From the NCBI RefSeq assembly GCF_009914755.1, contig NC_060937.1: DNA of 64,000 nt; one strand, written 5' to 3'. The notes under the pieces were generated by a model that was not told where the DNA came from, searched no databases, and saw only the letters and a program-made list of their open reading frames with translations. Below are positions 41,966 through 55,929 of this stretch, one piece after another. A program made the translations under genes and the position numbers. Position 1 is the first letter of the stretch, and every line of letters begins with the position of its first letter. This DNA comes from the human T2T-CHM13v2.0 reference genome, Homo sapiens.

Positions 41966-42272
41966 TTTCATTTTCTTTTTCATTTGAGACAGGGTCTCGC
42001 TATGCTGCCCAGGCAGGAGTGCAGTGGCAGGATCACAGCTCACTGCAATCTCCAGCACCTGAGCTCAAGCAATCCTGTCTCTGCCTTCCAAATAGCTGCG
42101 ACTACAGGTGCACATAACTGTGTCTGGCTAGTTCTTTTATTTTTAATTTTTTGTAGAGGCAGGGTCTTGCTACGTTGTCCAGACTGTCCTCAAACCCCTG
42201 GCTTCAAGCAATTCTCCTATCTCAGCCTACCAAAATTGTGTGGATTACAGGCATGAGCCACTGCATCTGGCC
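41966..42272 (-). mobile_element. AluJ
   Basis: gagacagggtctcgc, gagctcaagcaatc; TSD cagcagtgcactctt. Confidence 0.9.
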
Positions 42273-43542
42273 TCAGCAGTGCACTCTTAAGGGACACCTG
42301 TAACCGATGATGGGAAATGATGGCTGCTAGTTATCAACATGAATGAGAATTCTTCAAAGAGGCATAGGTCACACCTTAGAAAAGAAGATCAATATGAAAA
42401 TTATTATCTTTTTCTGTCAGATTGTTTTACAGAACTTCAGGGTGAAATAACCTCAGAATTTATTCCATATATTTTCGAGCAATTTAAACATAAAATGAAC
42501 ATTAACCCAACTGAAAGTGACATAAGAACTACTGTTCTTAGGTTTCCAAATGTTCAGTGATGAGATTATCCTAGGGGGCCTCTCACGGAGATGGCACTTT
42601 TCTCTGGATCTGATAAATCTCTCTTTTCCTGCCACTTTTCCTTAATGACGTAGCTATGTCTATGAAGAAGCTGTTTTTACCAAACTCGAAAACAATTAAA
42701 ACTGCAGACTGGATTCTCTGCCCATGTTGTGAAGTGAGAGATTTAATTCTACCCTGGCATTCTGAATGTGTATGGAGGAAGTGGGTGAACATTCAAACAT
42801 ATATTTCAGATTCACAAATACAGATACATGTAGGAAAAAGAAGATAAACGCAAACACCTCGCCCTTCATTTGGGTTTTTTGTCTACTTTGAGAACTTGGT
42901 TCAAAAACTATTGTTCTTCTCTAGGACAAAAGCCAATGTGAGTGTAAATGCATAAACACAACCTGTACATAAAAATCGAATAGCTTCTCTGAAGTCCTCA
43001 TGTCACAGACACCTCATTGTCCCACAAGAAAAAAAAAATGAAGGCCTTATCTTCATGGTTATTTGTGGAATGTTGTATGCAAAATTCAATATGAATTAAT
43101 AGCCTGTGTCTGGTGAATTTTGTCTCAAACTCAAAGCAAGAAGATATTGATATCCTCCTTCCCTCCTTCCCTTATTCCTTCTTTCCCTCTTCCCTCCTTC
43201 CTTCCCCTCCTCCCCCTCCAGCAGAGAGGAGCTACATAAAAAATGACTTGAGCATCAAGTCAGTAGAATAACACACAGGCCTGTGAAATCATTCTGCATT
43301 TCACTTTCTCGTGTGCAACGGCTATGGCTGGTCAATGACATAACTTGCCCTTCTCTCTTATCTGTAATCCTTGCAGCATATCCACATGGGGGAGGGTTTG
43401 GCCATTGCACTTTCTAATTTACTAGTGAAGGGGTGGTGCCTCTGAGAGAATGTACAATAGAAACAGGATGAAGGCCAATGCTCCTGACCTTCAGTCACGT
43501 GTTCTTTCCACAAGCTTGGGCAGCATAAGAAATACTAATCCA

Positions 43543-43835
43543 GGCTGGGCACAGTGGCTCACGCCTGTAATTCCAACACTTTTGGGAGGCCAAGGAGGGT
43601 GGATCACTTGAGGTCAGGAGTTGGAGACCAGCCTGGCCAACACGGTGAAACACCGTCTCTACTAAAAATACAAAAATTAGCCAGGTGTGGTGGTGCACGC
43701 CTGTAATCTCAGCTACTCGGGAGGCTGAGGCATGAGAATCACTTGAACCCCGGAGGCGGAGCTTAAAGTGAGCCGAGATCACACCAGCCTGGGTGACACA
43801 GAGCGAGACTCCATCTCAAAAAAAAAAAAAGAAAG
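43543..43835 (+). mobile_element. AluSx-like
   Basis: Dimeric Alu; TSD aagaaatact(a/c)atcca. Confidence 0.93.
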
Positions 43836-44850
43836 AAATACTCATCCAGTTCTTAGGGCGAGCTTTGGCAGACTATCTCTTGATAGCTTATCACTTAGAA
43901 CACTGTGGCTAATGAATACGTATGTAAATAAGCGATGCTGAAATAATTTGATAAATTCTCATGTTGAGCATCTTAATATGCTACTCTGTTTTAGAGGAGT
44001 TTGGCAAGTCTAATGTCAGAAGAGCATTTTCATGTGTCTCTACACATATGATGGTGTTTTATCCTTACACTTGAAAACAAAACGTGCTACAGCTTGAGCC
44101 ACGTAATTCCAGGGACGCCTTATAGCATTATTGTTATAGAAGAGAATGCAGAGCCACCACTCGGATTATCACACCACCCTGGCAAAGCATCTTGTTCTCA
44201 CCATTTAATTATCATTTTATTTTTTAAAAAAAGGCTCTTGCTCTTTATATCTTATTCTGTCTAAATTATGTAATGCTTATAAATATCCAGAAAAGGAGTG
44301 CTGATATTGGTGTTTTGCCCAGTCTGACTCATTTGCTGAAAGAAGTAAACATCGTTTAATGGATAGACTTGTTGTGTGGCTCTAATAGACACACACACAC
44401 ACACACACACGTACAATTTAGGCAGATATTTTTAATGCTCTTAATACTTTTTACAGATAAAGTAACATAAAAATTCTCAGAAAATAAAATAAAAGAAAAT
44501 AGGCAAGAGAACATAAACTTCTGACTAATTTGAAAAGCATTATTTCACTGGCCTTAGCACATCTCCTGTTCTTATGGAATTCAAAGGCAATGCAGGCTGA
44601 ATCTAACCTATACTAGGTCACATGTAAGTATATCTAATGATTGCTAATATTTTGCCATCAGATTTCTTCTTTCACACAGTGAATAACTGTGGTCTCAGTT
44701 ACAGATAGACCATGTGGTACAGAAGCTGAATCATTTCCAGACCTGTTGAGGGGAGCTTTCGGTGCTTCTATTAGTGAAAGTGCGGAAAACTACCAGCCGC
44801 ATCTTCAAGGTTATATCAGTGAAAGGAAACAGCAAAGCAAACAAACATCA

Positions 44851-45180
<330 letters not shown>

Positions 45181-45503
45181 CTAAGAGAGCCCTCATTGTG
45201 AGAAAGCGTATTTACACAACGACAGCTGCAAGTGATAAAAACACAGCAACGAAAGTCTCCGCAATAAAAGCAAAACAGTATTTGATTGCATCCCTAATAG
45301 AATGTAAAAGGTATTTTGACCTTTAATTTTATGTGGCTTATTTGAAAATCAGTGGATTTAAGCAGGAAGTTAATTTTTCAAAATTCAGCGATATCTAAAG
45401 TAAAATAAATAATTGACTCTATTGCTCTTCTGTGCTGTAGTTACTTGCAACGTGGCTGATGAGCCAGTTCCCTCCACACGGAGTCCCACGTCTATGCCTC
45501 CAT

Positions 45504-45522
45504 AGGACGCTAGATGGCGCGA
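45504..45522 (+). promoter_or_regulatory. Candidate CTCF site
   Basis: aggACGCTAGATGGCGCga versus the variant consensus CCACTAGATGGCGC. Confidence 0.55.
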
Positions 45523-48500
45523 AGCACTTTATAAAGATGGCCCAGCAGGGGTTGGGAAACTGCTGTTTAGATCTTGGACTTTGAGAGGCACAGAACAGGC
45601 AGATATGGACATTTACATTCATGACTCACACCAAATGCATTAAAAATCTCACTGTCTGAAAGCCCAGAAACACCCGACATAGAGCAGACATCATATGCTG
45701 TGGTGTGGTTGGGAGTAGGAGGGAAGCCTCATCAGAGCCACAGCTTCAACCTTCTGGATGATGTGCAAGCCACATCAATGTTTGCTACGTATTTATGTAA
45801 TTTCATCAAATGTGAAAGGACTGGGACTTCATTCATCTCTTTGTTTTGGTGGCTATTTGGGAAAACAAACATTGAAAAAATTGCCTTTTTCTGACACGAA
45901 GGAATAAGCTGATCTTAAATTCAAATACAACAATGGCAGATGTACCAATTTGCAGTACAGGTTACTGAAATTCAGTTATTCTCCAGGTCCTTGGCACTAA
46001 TGGCTTTTACTTATCTATTTCTAGGGTTAATATTATCCAAGTAACATTTTGCCGGTTATATTTTACCTAGAAAAATGGAGGCGCAGCAGTTAAAGGTAGC
46101 CTAAGAGATTATAAATACCTAATAATAACAAGAATAATAGCTGGTATTTATCAACTTTATACTCTTTTCTAAGTAAGCTGTAAACTTTTTTTTCCATGTG
46201 ATTCTCAGCATGCACTTTTGACCATAACTATTACTCACATTTTGAACAGGAATAATATTAAGTAATAGTACTATTAGGTAATGGAAATGGAAAATCCAGA
46301 CTTCAAACCCATGTTCTGTAGGGCTCCAAAGACTGTGTTCCTAATAGTTATCCTATATTTAATCTGAAAACTACTTTTAAAGCACTTATGAAATCACAAG
46401 GGAGTTTGCAGATGAACCTAAAATCAGCATGGCCTTCCATGCCCCGGGTCAATATCTATTTGGTAGAAGGAGGATTGTATTTTTTTATTCATAACATTAG
46501 GTTGATCAAAATGACGCTTTATTCTGTGATCAAGGTGACTTGGTAGAGGTAAAATGAGATAAATATCAAAGTGAGATACACTTTTAAATGGCCAAAAGTA
46601 ATTTTTCTTTGCCAGTCATCAATGGCTCACAATCACCATGTAACTTGTTAGTAAAACCTACAAATAATTAGAATTCTTATAGGTCTTTTGAATGAGTCTT
46701 CTCGTAACAGTGTACACTGAAAAACTGCACTAGAAGAAAACGTTACAATAGCCGAAGAAACCTCTAAGAATTCTTATGCCAACTGGGAAACGGAGGTGGG
46801 CTGTGGCTGTGTGCCCCAGGAGGACAGCAAGAGGCTGCCTCAGGGGGACAGGTGAAGGTGGAGGTGGTGCCGGCAGCAAGAGGCTGGAAGCACCAGCTTC
46901 AGAAGAAAAAGTGAAATGATTTCTTAACCAAACCATGGGGAAGTTGAAAACGTTTGTCAAAATGCCATAGACATTGACGTTTGTGTAATATGACATGATA
47001 CGTAATATGACATGACATTTATTATGTAAACTAAGCTGTAGTATAGGAATGAGCCATGTATCCTCTGATTCCTGGGCTTAATAACCTTTCTCAGGTACTA
47101 GAGGAAGCAGGATAGGCTTATACCTGCAGTTCAAAAAATAACATTCCATTATGAGGACAGCTTGCTTTCCGCACATTTCTGGGATTCTAAAGTCTAGAGT
47201 TGCCTGTTTTTCTTTAAGGAGTGCCCTATGTAATGCCAGAAAGTGGCTCATGTTTTCATTGGCCAAATTGGGGTCCCCATTCCCACCGCTCCCTCACACG
47301 TTGCCTTTCCACCGTTATTCCAGTTAAAATGGGTTCTGAATAGGGAATCGCATCCTGCAGCCATAAAGTCTTAAGAAACAACGTCTCCTCTCTCGCAGAC
47401 GGTGGGGCGTCCAGTACTGGAGTCTCTTCAGATCTAGCCATCCTCTTTGCAACCACTTTCCTCAGCATTGCCCGATGGGAACATATCCATTTTTATTCTG
47501 GCTCCTTAAATTCTATTTCCGCTATATTTCCTTTGCAGATTTTTTTTTAACTCAAAAAAAAAAAAAAAAAGAAAAGAAAAAGAAACTAGTAAGAGATCAC
47601 AGCATTTTTTTTTAAGTATCAGGTAGTAGTTAGTTATGAAGAAAAGTGATCGAGCATCATTTGCAAAGCTGCCGGCAGAATCCCAGACCTTATACACTGA
47701 GCTATGACGACCTCTCCGGCCAGGCTCCACGGTGGCATCCGTTATGAGCTACCTCCTGGGCTTTGAGTGTGCAATGAATATTCCTCATTTGAGTATTAAA
47801 TATTTTCTAAAATTTTAGCTCTAGGGGTAAGATACATCAGAAAACAAGTGGGGGAAACCATGTGAGCTGAATCGAAATCCGAAGGACGGAGGAGAAATAT
47901 TTTATTGCTACTTAAGAGATTAAGGATGAGAAGCAGATGTTACATAACTAAAGGCTTTATCTTCTCTGTGTAGATGTGTTTACAATAAAAGAGGCAAAGC
48001 ATACAGCACATTTGCTAAAAATATTTCAGAATAAACTGGTAAAAGTTCGCATGGGAAGTAAACAAAAATTCTTCTAGAATCTTGAAAATGATTACTTGAA
48101 AAGTGAAATAGCACGTTAGTAAACACCTGAAAACTGTGTTATGTGAAGAACGGAGAATACCTGAGAATATACTGCGGCTAAGAGCAAACGAGGGGTGAGG
48201 TTCTTACAGTTATCTCGTGTCTGAGAAACGGCCAGGTGCCAATGACGATGGATTTAAACAATAAATTGTGGAATCACAAAACAAAGACAAGAGAAAAAAC
48301 AAACAGGTAGCTACCAGCGTGATATAAAGACGAGCTTTCCTGCCAGAAGAGATGCATAGAAATACAATGAGCTATCTTCAAATGTGCCGAGTTCTCTAGA
48401 GCTAGAAAAATTCCAATAGACTTTCAATACCTCTTGTCAAAACACGATGAGGAAGATTCCTATGTTAGGAAGGTGAGAGAAGGCCATGGCTCCAAGACAC

Positions 48501-51449
48501 TTCCCAACGTCTTTCTAGAAGTTTTTGCAGGAAGGGGTTGAAAAGGATGTTTTGTGGTGGCACCGGGCTAGAAGAACAAATTGACTAAATCTTAAAAGTA
48601 ATAAAGAACTTCAAACAAAAGCACATCATGAAAAATGAGTATATTTGTCTTATTTCATAAGAACTATGGAGTACAAAGAAGTCTAGAAATCTTTTTTATA
48701 ATGGCTTGGCCTTCTCCTATAGAGAGAAATATTAGGTAAATTGCTTTTCTATGTGTCACTGCAGAGTATAAATAATTATATGAAACGAAAGAATAACTGT
48801 GGGAAGGAATAAAAATGTGTGCGAGGTCTCTGGTGACAGAGTAATGGCTCGCCGACATCCACCCACTCTTCCCCTTGATGGCCAGTGCCTCCATCTACCC
48901 AAGAAGCAGCTTGATTTGTCAGGAAATTATGCTCTGAAAGGGTATTTCAAATGGCCCACCGCCCCCACGCTCCTCCACTGTGTCCTCTGGAAATGACTTA
49001 TTGACTGTCACAATCTTTGCTGGACAGCTGCCCACCATACAGTGTTCTCAAGGTGCTGTCTGCAAGAGGAGCAGACTACACTAGAAAAATGGTCCAAATG
49101 ACAGCATCATTTTTACTTAATACTTGAATCGATTTTTCTCTTTTTCCCCTGAAGCATTTTCTCTCTTGCTATCTTTCCTCATAAAGCCCTTGAGACTTGT
49201 TTGGGAAATGTTTTACAAATAAGGAAACGTATACAGGGAAATTAGGCATCAAATAAGTGGAATTCAACTCTCTCCACAGCCCAGTCCATAGTTTTTTTCA
49301 GTGGGAACTCTTGTAACAGGAACTCTTCTGAGAGGACAGAAAGTGAAGGGAGCATTGGATACGTCGGGGTCTCTGGAGTCACTAAGGTGAGACATTCCAG
49401 GGTGGAAAGCCTTAGAGACCACCTAGCTGAGCCTCTGTTAACGTCGGAAGTGGGGTCTAGAAAGATGCAGATGACAGCTGAGCAAGGTAGGGCCCCTGGG
49501 CGGCTGTTGAAATTACACTCCATGTTATTCGGAAGGTATCACTTGAGTATTATTCATTCCGAACATATCCTTTTTCTTTTTTTCTTTTTTGCAAGTCACT
49601 TCATTTTGAAACTCACTTGCAGTTCTGCAGAGTGGGCTGTATGAGCCCCCACCCTCTACCTCCAGACCTACGTCCACATCTACCCTGTGTTTGGATTCTC
49701 AGCTGAGAATCCCTTGGTCACAAAGGCCTGTTTGAAGAGGTGATCAGGGAGAGCAAAGGCTGAAGAGACCAAGGAGAACCCAAGAGAGCTCATCTAGCAA
49801 ACTCATTTTCACACTCTTAATGAAGATTTTTTTTTTTTAAAGCTTTGGTTATAACGGCACAGCCTCCGGAGACAGACCGAGGGGGAGTACTTTGCTTCCT
49901 GATTACGGGGAGTGATGTGAAGCCACGAACTCTAGAAAGAAATGCGTTACATGCAAATCTGGACAATCCTGAAGTAGCCCATGCATTTGTGAATAGAAAT
50001 ACTACACGGGACCAGGATCACCATGGTTAACAATGGTGCCATATAGACGGCTGGCAGGTGTGCTTGTGTGGTGTCCTCATGTCCTCTCTTGGTTCTGGGC
50101 ATTCCATTTGAAGATAGCTAATCTGTGCAGAACCTTTCAAAAAATGCCCTATGATTAATATTTTTCCAGCAGAAGGTCAGCTTCTCATTACTTTTTAAAT
50201 ATATATTACCCCCATCTCCAAAATCCATCTCTCTATTTTAGAGCAAGGTAGAAGATTGCTAATGTAAATATATGTTAGCCTGCTGAAAAAATATCATGTT
50301 GGCTATATATTTTATCACAAAGAAAAATGTCAGATATTAAAAATGGTTGTCAGCTTCAAATCAAGAGGCTAAGCAGCTGCTCTCCCTTTTCCCCCACTTA
50401 TTAGTAAGGACTAACTTTCCTTTCACATTTGTAGCATTTGTTGATACATTTTATTAGATCCGTTTCTGCCAGCTCTAACCCCGCTAGCGGCCTGAGTTTT
50501 GGGTATGTGTGGGTGAAATAATTGGTTATGTAAGCATTAGTCTGCGACAGCAACCGCCTCAGGCTAATGCACTTTGACGCATAACGCATGTTGCTACAGT
50601 TTTAAGTGAGGGTGAAACTCAAAATAAATTTTCACGTTCCTATGTCTGAATGTCTGCTTTCTGCTATGTCTGTGTCAGTGTCTGGTGAAAGCACATTGCA
50701 CCTAGAAATTGGAAATCGTGATATATTCTCAAAGGGAAACAAGAAAGGCCCCACTGCTTGAGGCTGAGCTGAGTCTGTGAAGTAAGCTTAAGGATGGGCG
50801 GTAAGCAGCGCTCTGAGCTTCTTGATCCCTTGTGGGGGGTCTTATGACATCAGCACCCCTTGCCTTCTAGGGCTTTGTCTTGGCTCCATTTCCTGAAGTA
50901 AAACGCAAATGTCTTCCTGTTTTCTGGTGGTGACCCACTTTTTGAATCCTGTCATCACACTTGGTCTATTCCCTTGCATTTCAGGGCCTCCTGAGCTTGT
51001 TGGCTCTGTCCCACATTTCCCAGTCCACCCAAACCATTCTCAACACCAAAATGAGGCTCCTGCAGTGCCCATCCACGCCAGCATCCCAGACTCCATTTAT
51101 ACAGGAGAGGGAATCAGTCTGAACATCACAGGGCCAACGCAAGCCCAGTTGGCCAATCAGGGTATGGCACCACGGAGCTGCCCAGACATATGATTGTACA
51201 GAAGGTGAAAAGCAGATCAACTCGGCTGTGCTTTCGCAAATAGAGAATGTGCCCATCCAGAGATAATCTGCACAGGGCTTAGGAAAAAAGGGAAACCTAA
51301 GAAGCATTTGTCAATATGTCTCCAGCGTTATGCAAAGGAAAACGTGTCCTAACTATGACACAGAAGCAACTTAGTTTTCTCTTTTTCTCTCTTCCTCATT
51401 AATAAACGTCTCATGTAACAGTCAATATCTTCCTTGTTTTATCTTTCAC

Positions 51450-52720
51450 TTCATCTCACTATGATTTGGCCTCAGCTCGAACCACTCCACTGAGATTGTT
51501 CTTTCCAAGCTCCTTGGCCCCTCTGCTGACAAATCCAGCTGGAAAATCAGTTGTTGTCTTATTTGACCTCTTGCCAGCCCTGATCATGGTTGATTGAACA
51601 GCTTCCGGAAATGCCACTGGGACTTGTTTTATCCTGGTGTCCCTCTTAGTCCTCTGCCCCTCCTTCTCCATCTTCATTTGTTTGCTGTTGCTGTTGTTTG
51701 TTTGTTTTCCCTGCCATTCCCCAAAATGTTAGTATCCCTCCGGCTTCTGTTCCAAGCTTGTTTCTACACATTCTTTCTGGGCAACCGTCCATCCTCGTGA
51801 TTCAATTGTAGTCTTTAAAATAGTGAAGCCTAAATCTTCATTACCAATGCTGATCTCTCTCTCTCTTTCTCTGTCTCTCTCTTTCTCTCCCTCTCTCACT
51901 CTGTTTCAATACCTCAAGCACTACAAACTCTAAAGTGGAATTCGGCCTCTTCTTTTCGGAGGGAAGCAGGTGAGAAACCTGGGGGTCATCCGGGTGCCTC
52001 TTCCACGCTCCACAGCTCTTCAATCACCACGCCCTGTGAGCCTGCTTCCTCAATAGCTCTATGTCTGCCCAAATCTCTTGATTTCTACTGACACCAGTGC
52101 TGCTCGCGCCATCAGCATCTCTCACTTGGATTTCTGCCTTGGATATACCCCGTGGAGCCTACCCTTGTGCCTTCAGTTGTGAACTCCTGCTTCATGCTGC
52201 AGTTAGAGCAATCTATAGAAAATTAATTTGATTATTCCAGATTATTCCACTACTTCATTTTTAATAATTCAGCACCCCACCCCATCCCACAGCAACACCC
52301 AGGAGAATGTTCAAAGCTCCTAACCGATTCACAGCTCTGCGACCTTGCCCTGCTGAGCAGTCGAGACTCATCTCTGCCCACTCCCACCCGGCACTCTGCT
52401 CTCTGGCCACAGGAGTGACAAGCAGGTCACTCGATGTGCAGCGTGCCCTCGGTGGCTCTGCACCAGGCTCTTCCTTCCACCTCCCTCACGAATCCCTCAG
52501 CCTATTAATTCCTGTCCATCCTGTGTGACCTCACTTGGAAGCCTTTCCTGCATTCCCTCTAGACCCTGCAATGAGCTCTTCTTCGGCAGTTCAGTACATG
52601 TGATGCTGTCTTCTCGTCTGCCTCCTTCCCAGACCCTATGCTCTTGGAATGAAGGCCAAGCTTTGTGCCTTCTTGTATCCCCAGTGCCCTGGATGTATCT
52701 GGCAGAAATTTACCGTCAGT
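51450..52720. mobile_element. Degraded L2 LINE
   Basis: L2-like accactccactgagattgttctttccaag, atttgacctc, catctctcacttgga, tgtatccccagtgccc. Confidence 0.65.
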
Positions 52721-55254
52721 GGAATGCCCACTGGAAACTAGTAACATGGCCTTTGGGCTTGCATAATGATGCCCCGCGATTGGTTAGCGTGAGAGCCAGT
52801 CCACCTGGCCCTGAGATCCTGCCCAGAGCAGAGACTCAAACCAGGAACCCTGATGAGCCCCCAACATATTAAATCCTAAGAATCCCTTTTCATATGACCA
52901 ACCCAGTGGCCGTTATTGAAGGCCGAAAACAAAAACAAACAAAACAAACAAACAAACAAAAACTAAAGAAATAAATTTTTAAAAGTCCACTTCATGAAGT
53001 GAACCTCTCCTTCCAAAAAGACCCCATGGTTCAGGTCCTAAAGCACAATATGGGATTGGGTTGCAAGCTGAGAAAGATTGTCACACAAAGATGGGGAATG
53101 GTGTGGTTTATTGTTCTGAGCTCATGGAAGGCCACAGAGCTTCAGAGGGCAAAGTATATTTTATAGCTGTTATTTAAACGGACACACTACTTTGGCTGGG
53201 ATTGTGGCAAAAAGTGTTGAGCAGAGAGGTTATACTAATTCATACCTTTCCAGAACAGTTCTATTATATATCCAGAAATGAATATTAACGATGATAATAA
53301 CCAGTGAATTAACTTCACAGTAAATAAGGAAGCGTTTCCTTTGGTGTGAAGGAAGATCTCTTTTAACAAGCTGCCTTCACCGGATTATCATGTTAGTGAC
53401 GAAGATGGTGGGAGCTCTGCTGTGGGCATCAAAAAAGAAGAAAGTCACTCCATAAGACTACTTCTGAGTGTTGGCCGTGGATGGATATAACTCAATAGCC
53501 TTATCTAGAGTCGGAATGGGCCCGTAGTAAATGAAAGCACCTTTTGTGGACTCTCAGCCAACAAGCAATGCCTTAGAAGTGCAGAGTATTACATGTCCTC
53601 TAAACATACCACTTATTTAACCTGGCCTGTATGGACTGTCACAAAAGTGCCAGTGATCCTATTAAAATTTATATCTCTAAAAAGGCAGCAAGTGAACACT
53701 TCAATATAAATTCAATTTTGGGCTCCACATCTTGAGTGAGTTGAGAATGTTGAAAAGGGTTTAAAAAGTGGGAAATCAGTCTTCTAAAGAAAGGGAAATG
53801 GAATTGAGTCTTAAATAAGAAATCTGAAACTAATCTAAGGATATAAAGGGATAATATATTCACCAAGGATAGGAGAAGAGAGAATGTGTTAGGCTTTCCT
53901 TCTTTTCCAGAACTCATATAAGATTTCATGGAGCACTTGATGATTAATAAATGAATGTTATCTTCCATAATCTACAATCTATTTAGAAAATACCAATAAT
54001 ACCAACGCACTGAGTAGAGCTATAATAAGTAATCAGTAAATTCACTATAAAATGCAGATGTATTCGTTTCTTCATAAAACCAAAGAGAAAGGAACTTACT
54101 GTAACAGCCTCACTTAGTAGAAATGGGCAAAAAAAAGAGTCTGAAGAAAGTTAATGCATAACTTTGTCATATAATCCAAAGTAAAGGATGGAAAATGTGA
54201 CATAATAAACTATAGTTAGTTATCTAAGAATCTGATACTTTTACATAGCTGTGCACATTATAGAACTAGAATATATAATGCTTTTGGTATGTATCTAAAA
54301 GTTTTACTTCTTGGCCATATTGTCAGGTCACTTGTGTACCAAGAGTGCATGATTGCCACCCTACTTTACCAATGTCACAGTCACAAAAATTATAATTGAA
54401 ACAAGAATAATCTGCTTTTGCTCAAAGAAAATCTGCTGTTCCTCAGTGGAGCAGGCTCTTTGCATTCTTTGTTTTTCCCACAGATGCCAGCATTTCTGAT
54501 TTTGTCATTGCATTTGCTCCTCAAGAAACAGCAGCTAACACCACACTATCTTTGTTGTTTTCTGCATTATCTTAATGTGTCCTGCTAGTGAGAAGCTGGG
54601 AAAGGTATGAATGCAAACCCCTTTTGTAAATTAAGAGCCAACCGGCACCCTGGGAATGGAGTAGAATTGTGTCACGTGGTTCTTTAAACATGTTGCCTAT
54701 TTAAACCTGGTCTGCATTACTGTCAGAAAAATGCCAGTGATTCTATTAGAATTTACATATTTAAAAAGTCAGAGTGAACACTTCAGTATTCTAATTGAAA
54801 TACAGACTTGTAGCCTGTTACCATGAAACAGAGGACTGGCTGCCTAGGTACCATCCAATCTGTCTGTTAATCCCACATTTTTCACTGAGAGCCAACTTTG
54901 GAGTCTGACAGTAGATAGGTGCCTTGGGGAGCAGAGGTGTAGGGCAGGTTAAAAATTTCATCATAAGACATTTTCCCTGGCATCAGAAATAGTGCTGTAA
55001 AATTTGAGGAGCCAGGGTAAGATGAATCCCACTGTGAATGCTCCCGTCAGTGCACCTCCGTGTGGAGGGAGCAGAAGTCAATGGGGGCTGAGGGTTTCTG
55101 GAGAAGAGAAGAGGACGGCATGTGAGGGAGTGAGATGGGCATGTCAGAGAGAGGAGTGGGGTGGAGGTTAGTGTGCTTCTGATATGAGAAAGAGAGGGAG
55201 GAAGGGCAGAGCATGGGAGGAAGACAGCAAGGGAAGGAAGGAGATAATGAAATG

Positions 55255-55612
55255 TATATAATATAAACACCATAGAATACTAGTCAGCCATAAAAAAAAG
55301 AACAAAATTTCTTTTGCAGCAAGTTTGCATTGAAGTAACTCAGGAATGAAAAACCAAATACTGCATATTCTCATTTATAAGTGGGAGCTAACCTATGGGG
55401 TATGCAAAGGTACACAGGGTGATACAACAGACAGTGGAGACTCAGAATGGGGGAGTTTGTGAAGGGGGTGAGAGATAGAAAACTACCTGTAGGGTACAAT
55501 GTACACTACTCAGGTGACCGGTGCACTAAAATCACAGACTTCACCATTATACAACTCATCCATGTGACCAAAAACCACTTGCACCACTAAAGCTATTGAA
55601 ATTTAAAAAATT
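55255..55612 (+). mobile_element. L1PB-like 3' end
   Basis: caccatagaatactagtcagccataaaaaa...caggtgaccggtgcactaaaatcacagacttcacca. Confidence 0.88.
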
Positions 55613-55614
55613 CA

Positions 55615-55929
<315 letters not shown>

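Noticed and set aside
52268-52290. REST/RE1-like ttcagcacc
   Set aside because: Left half-site only, with no GGACAG right half, and inside degraded L2.
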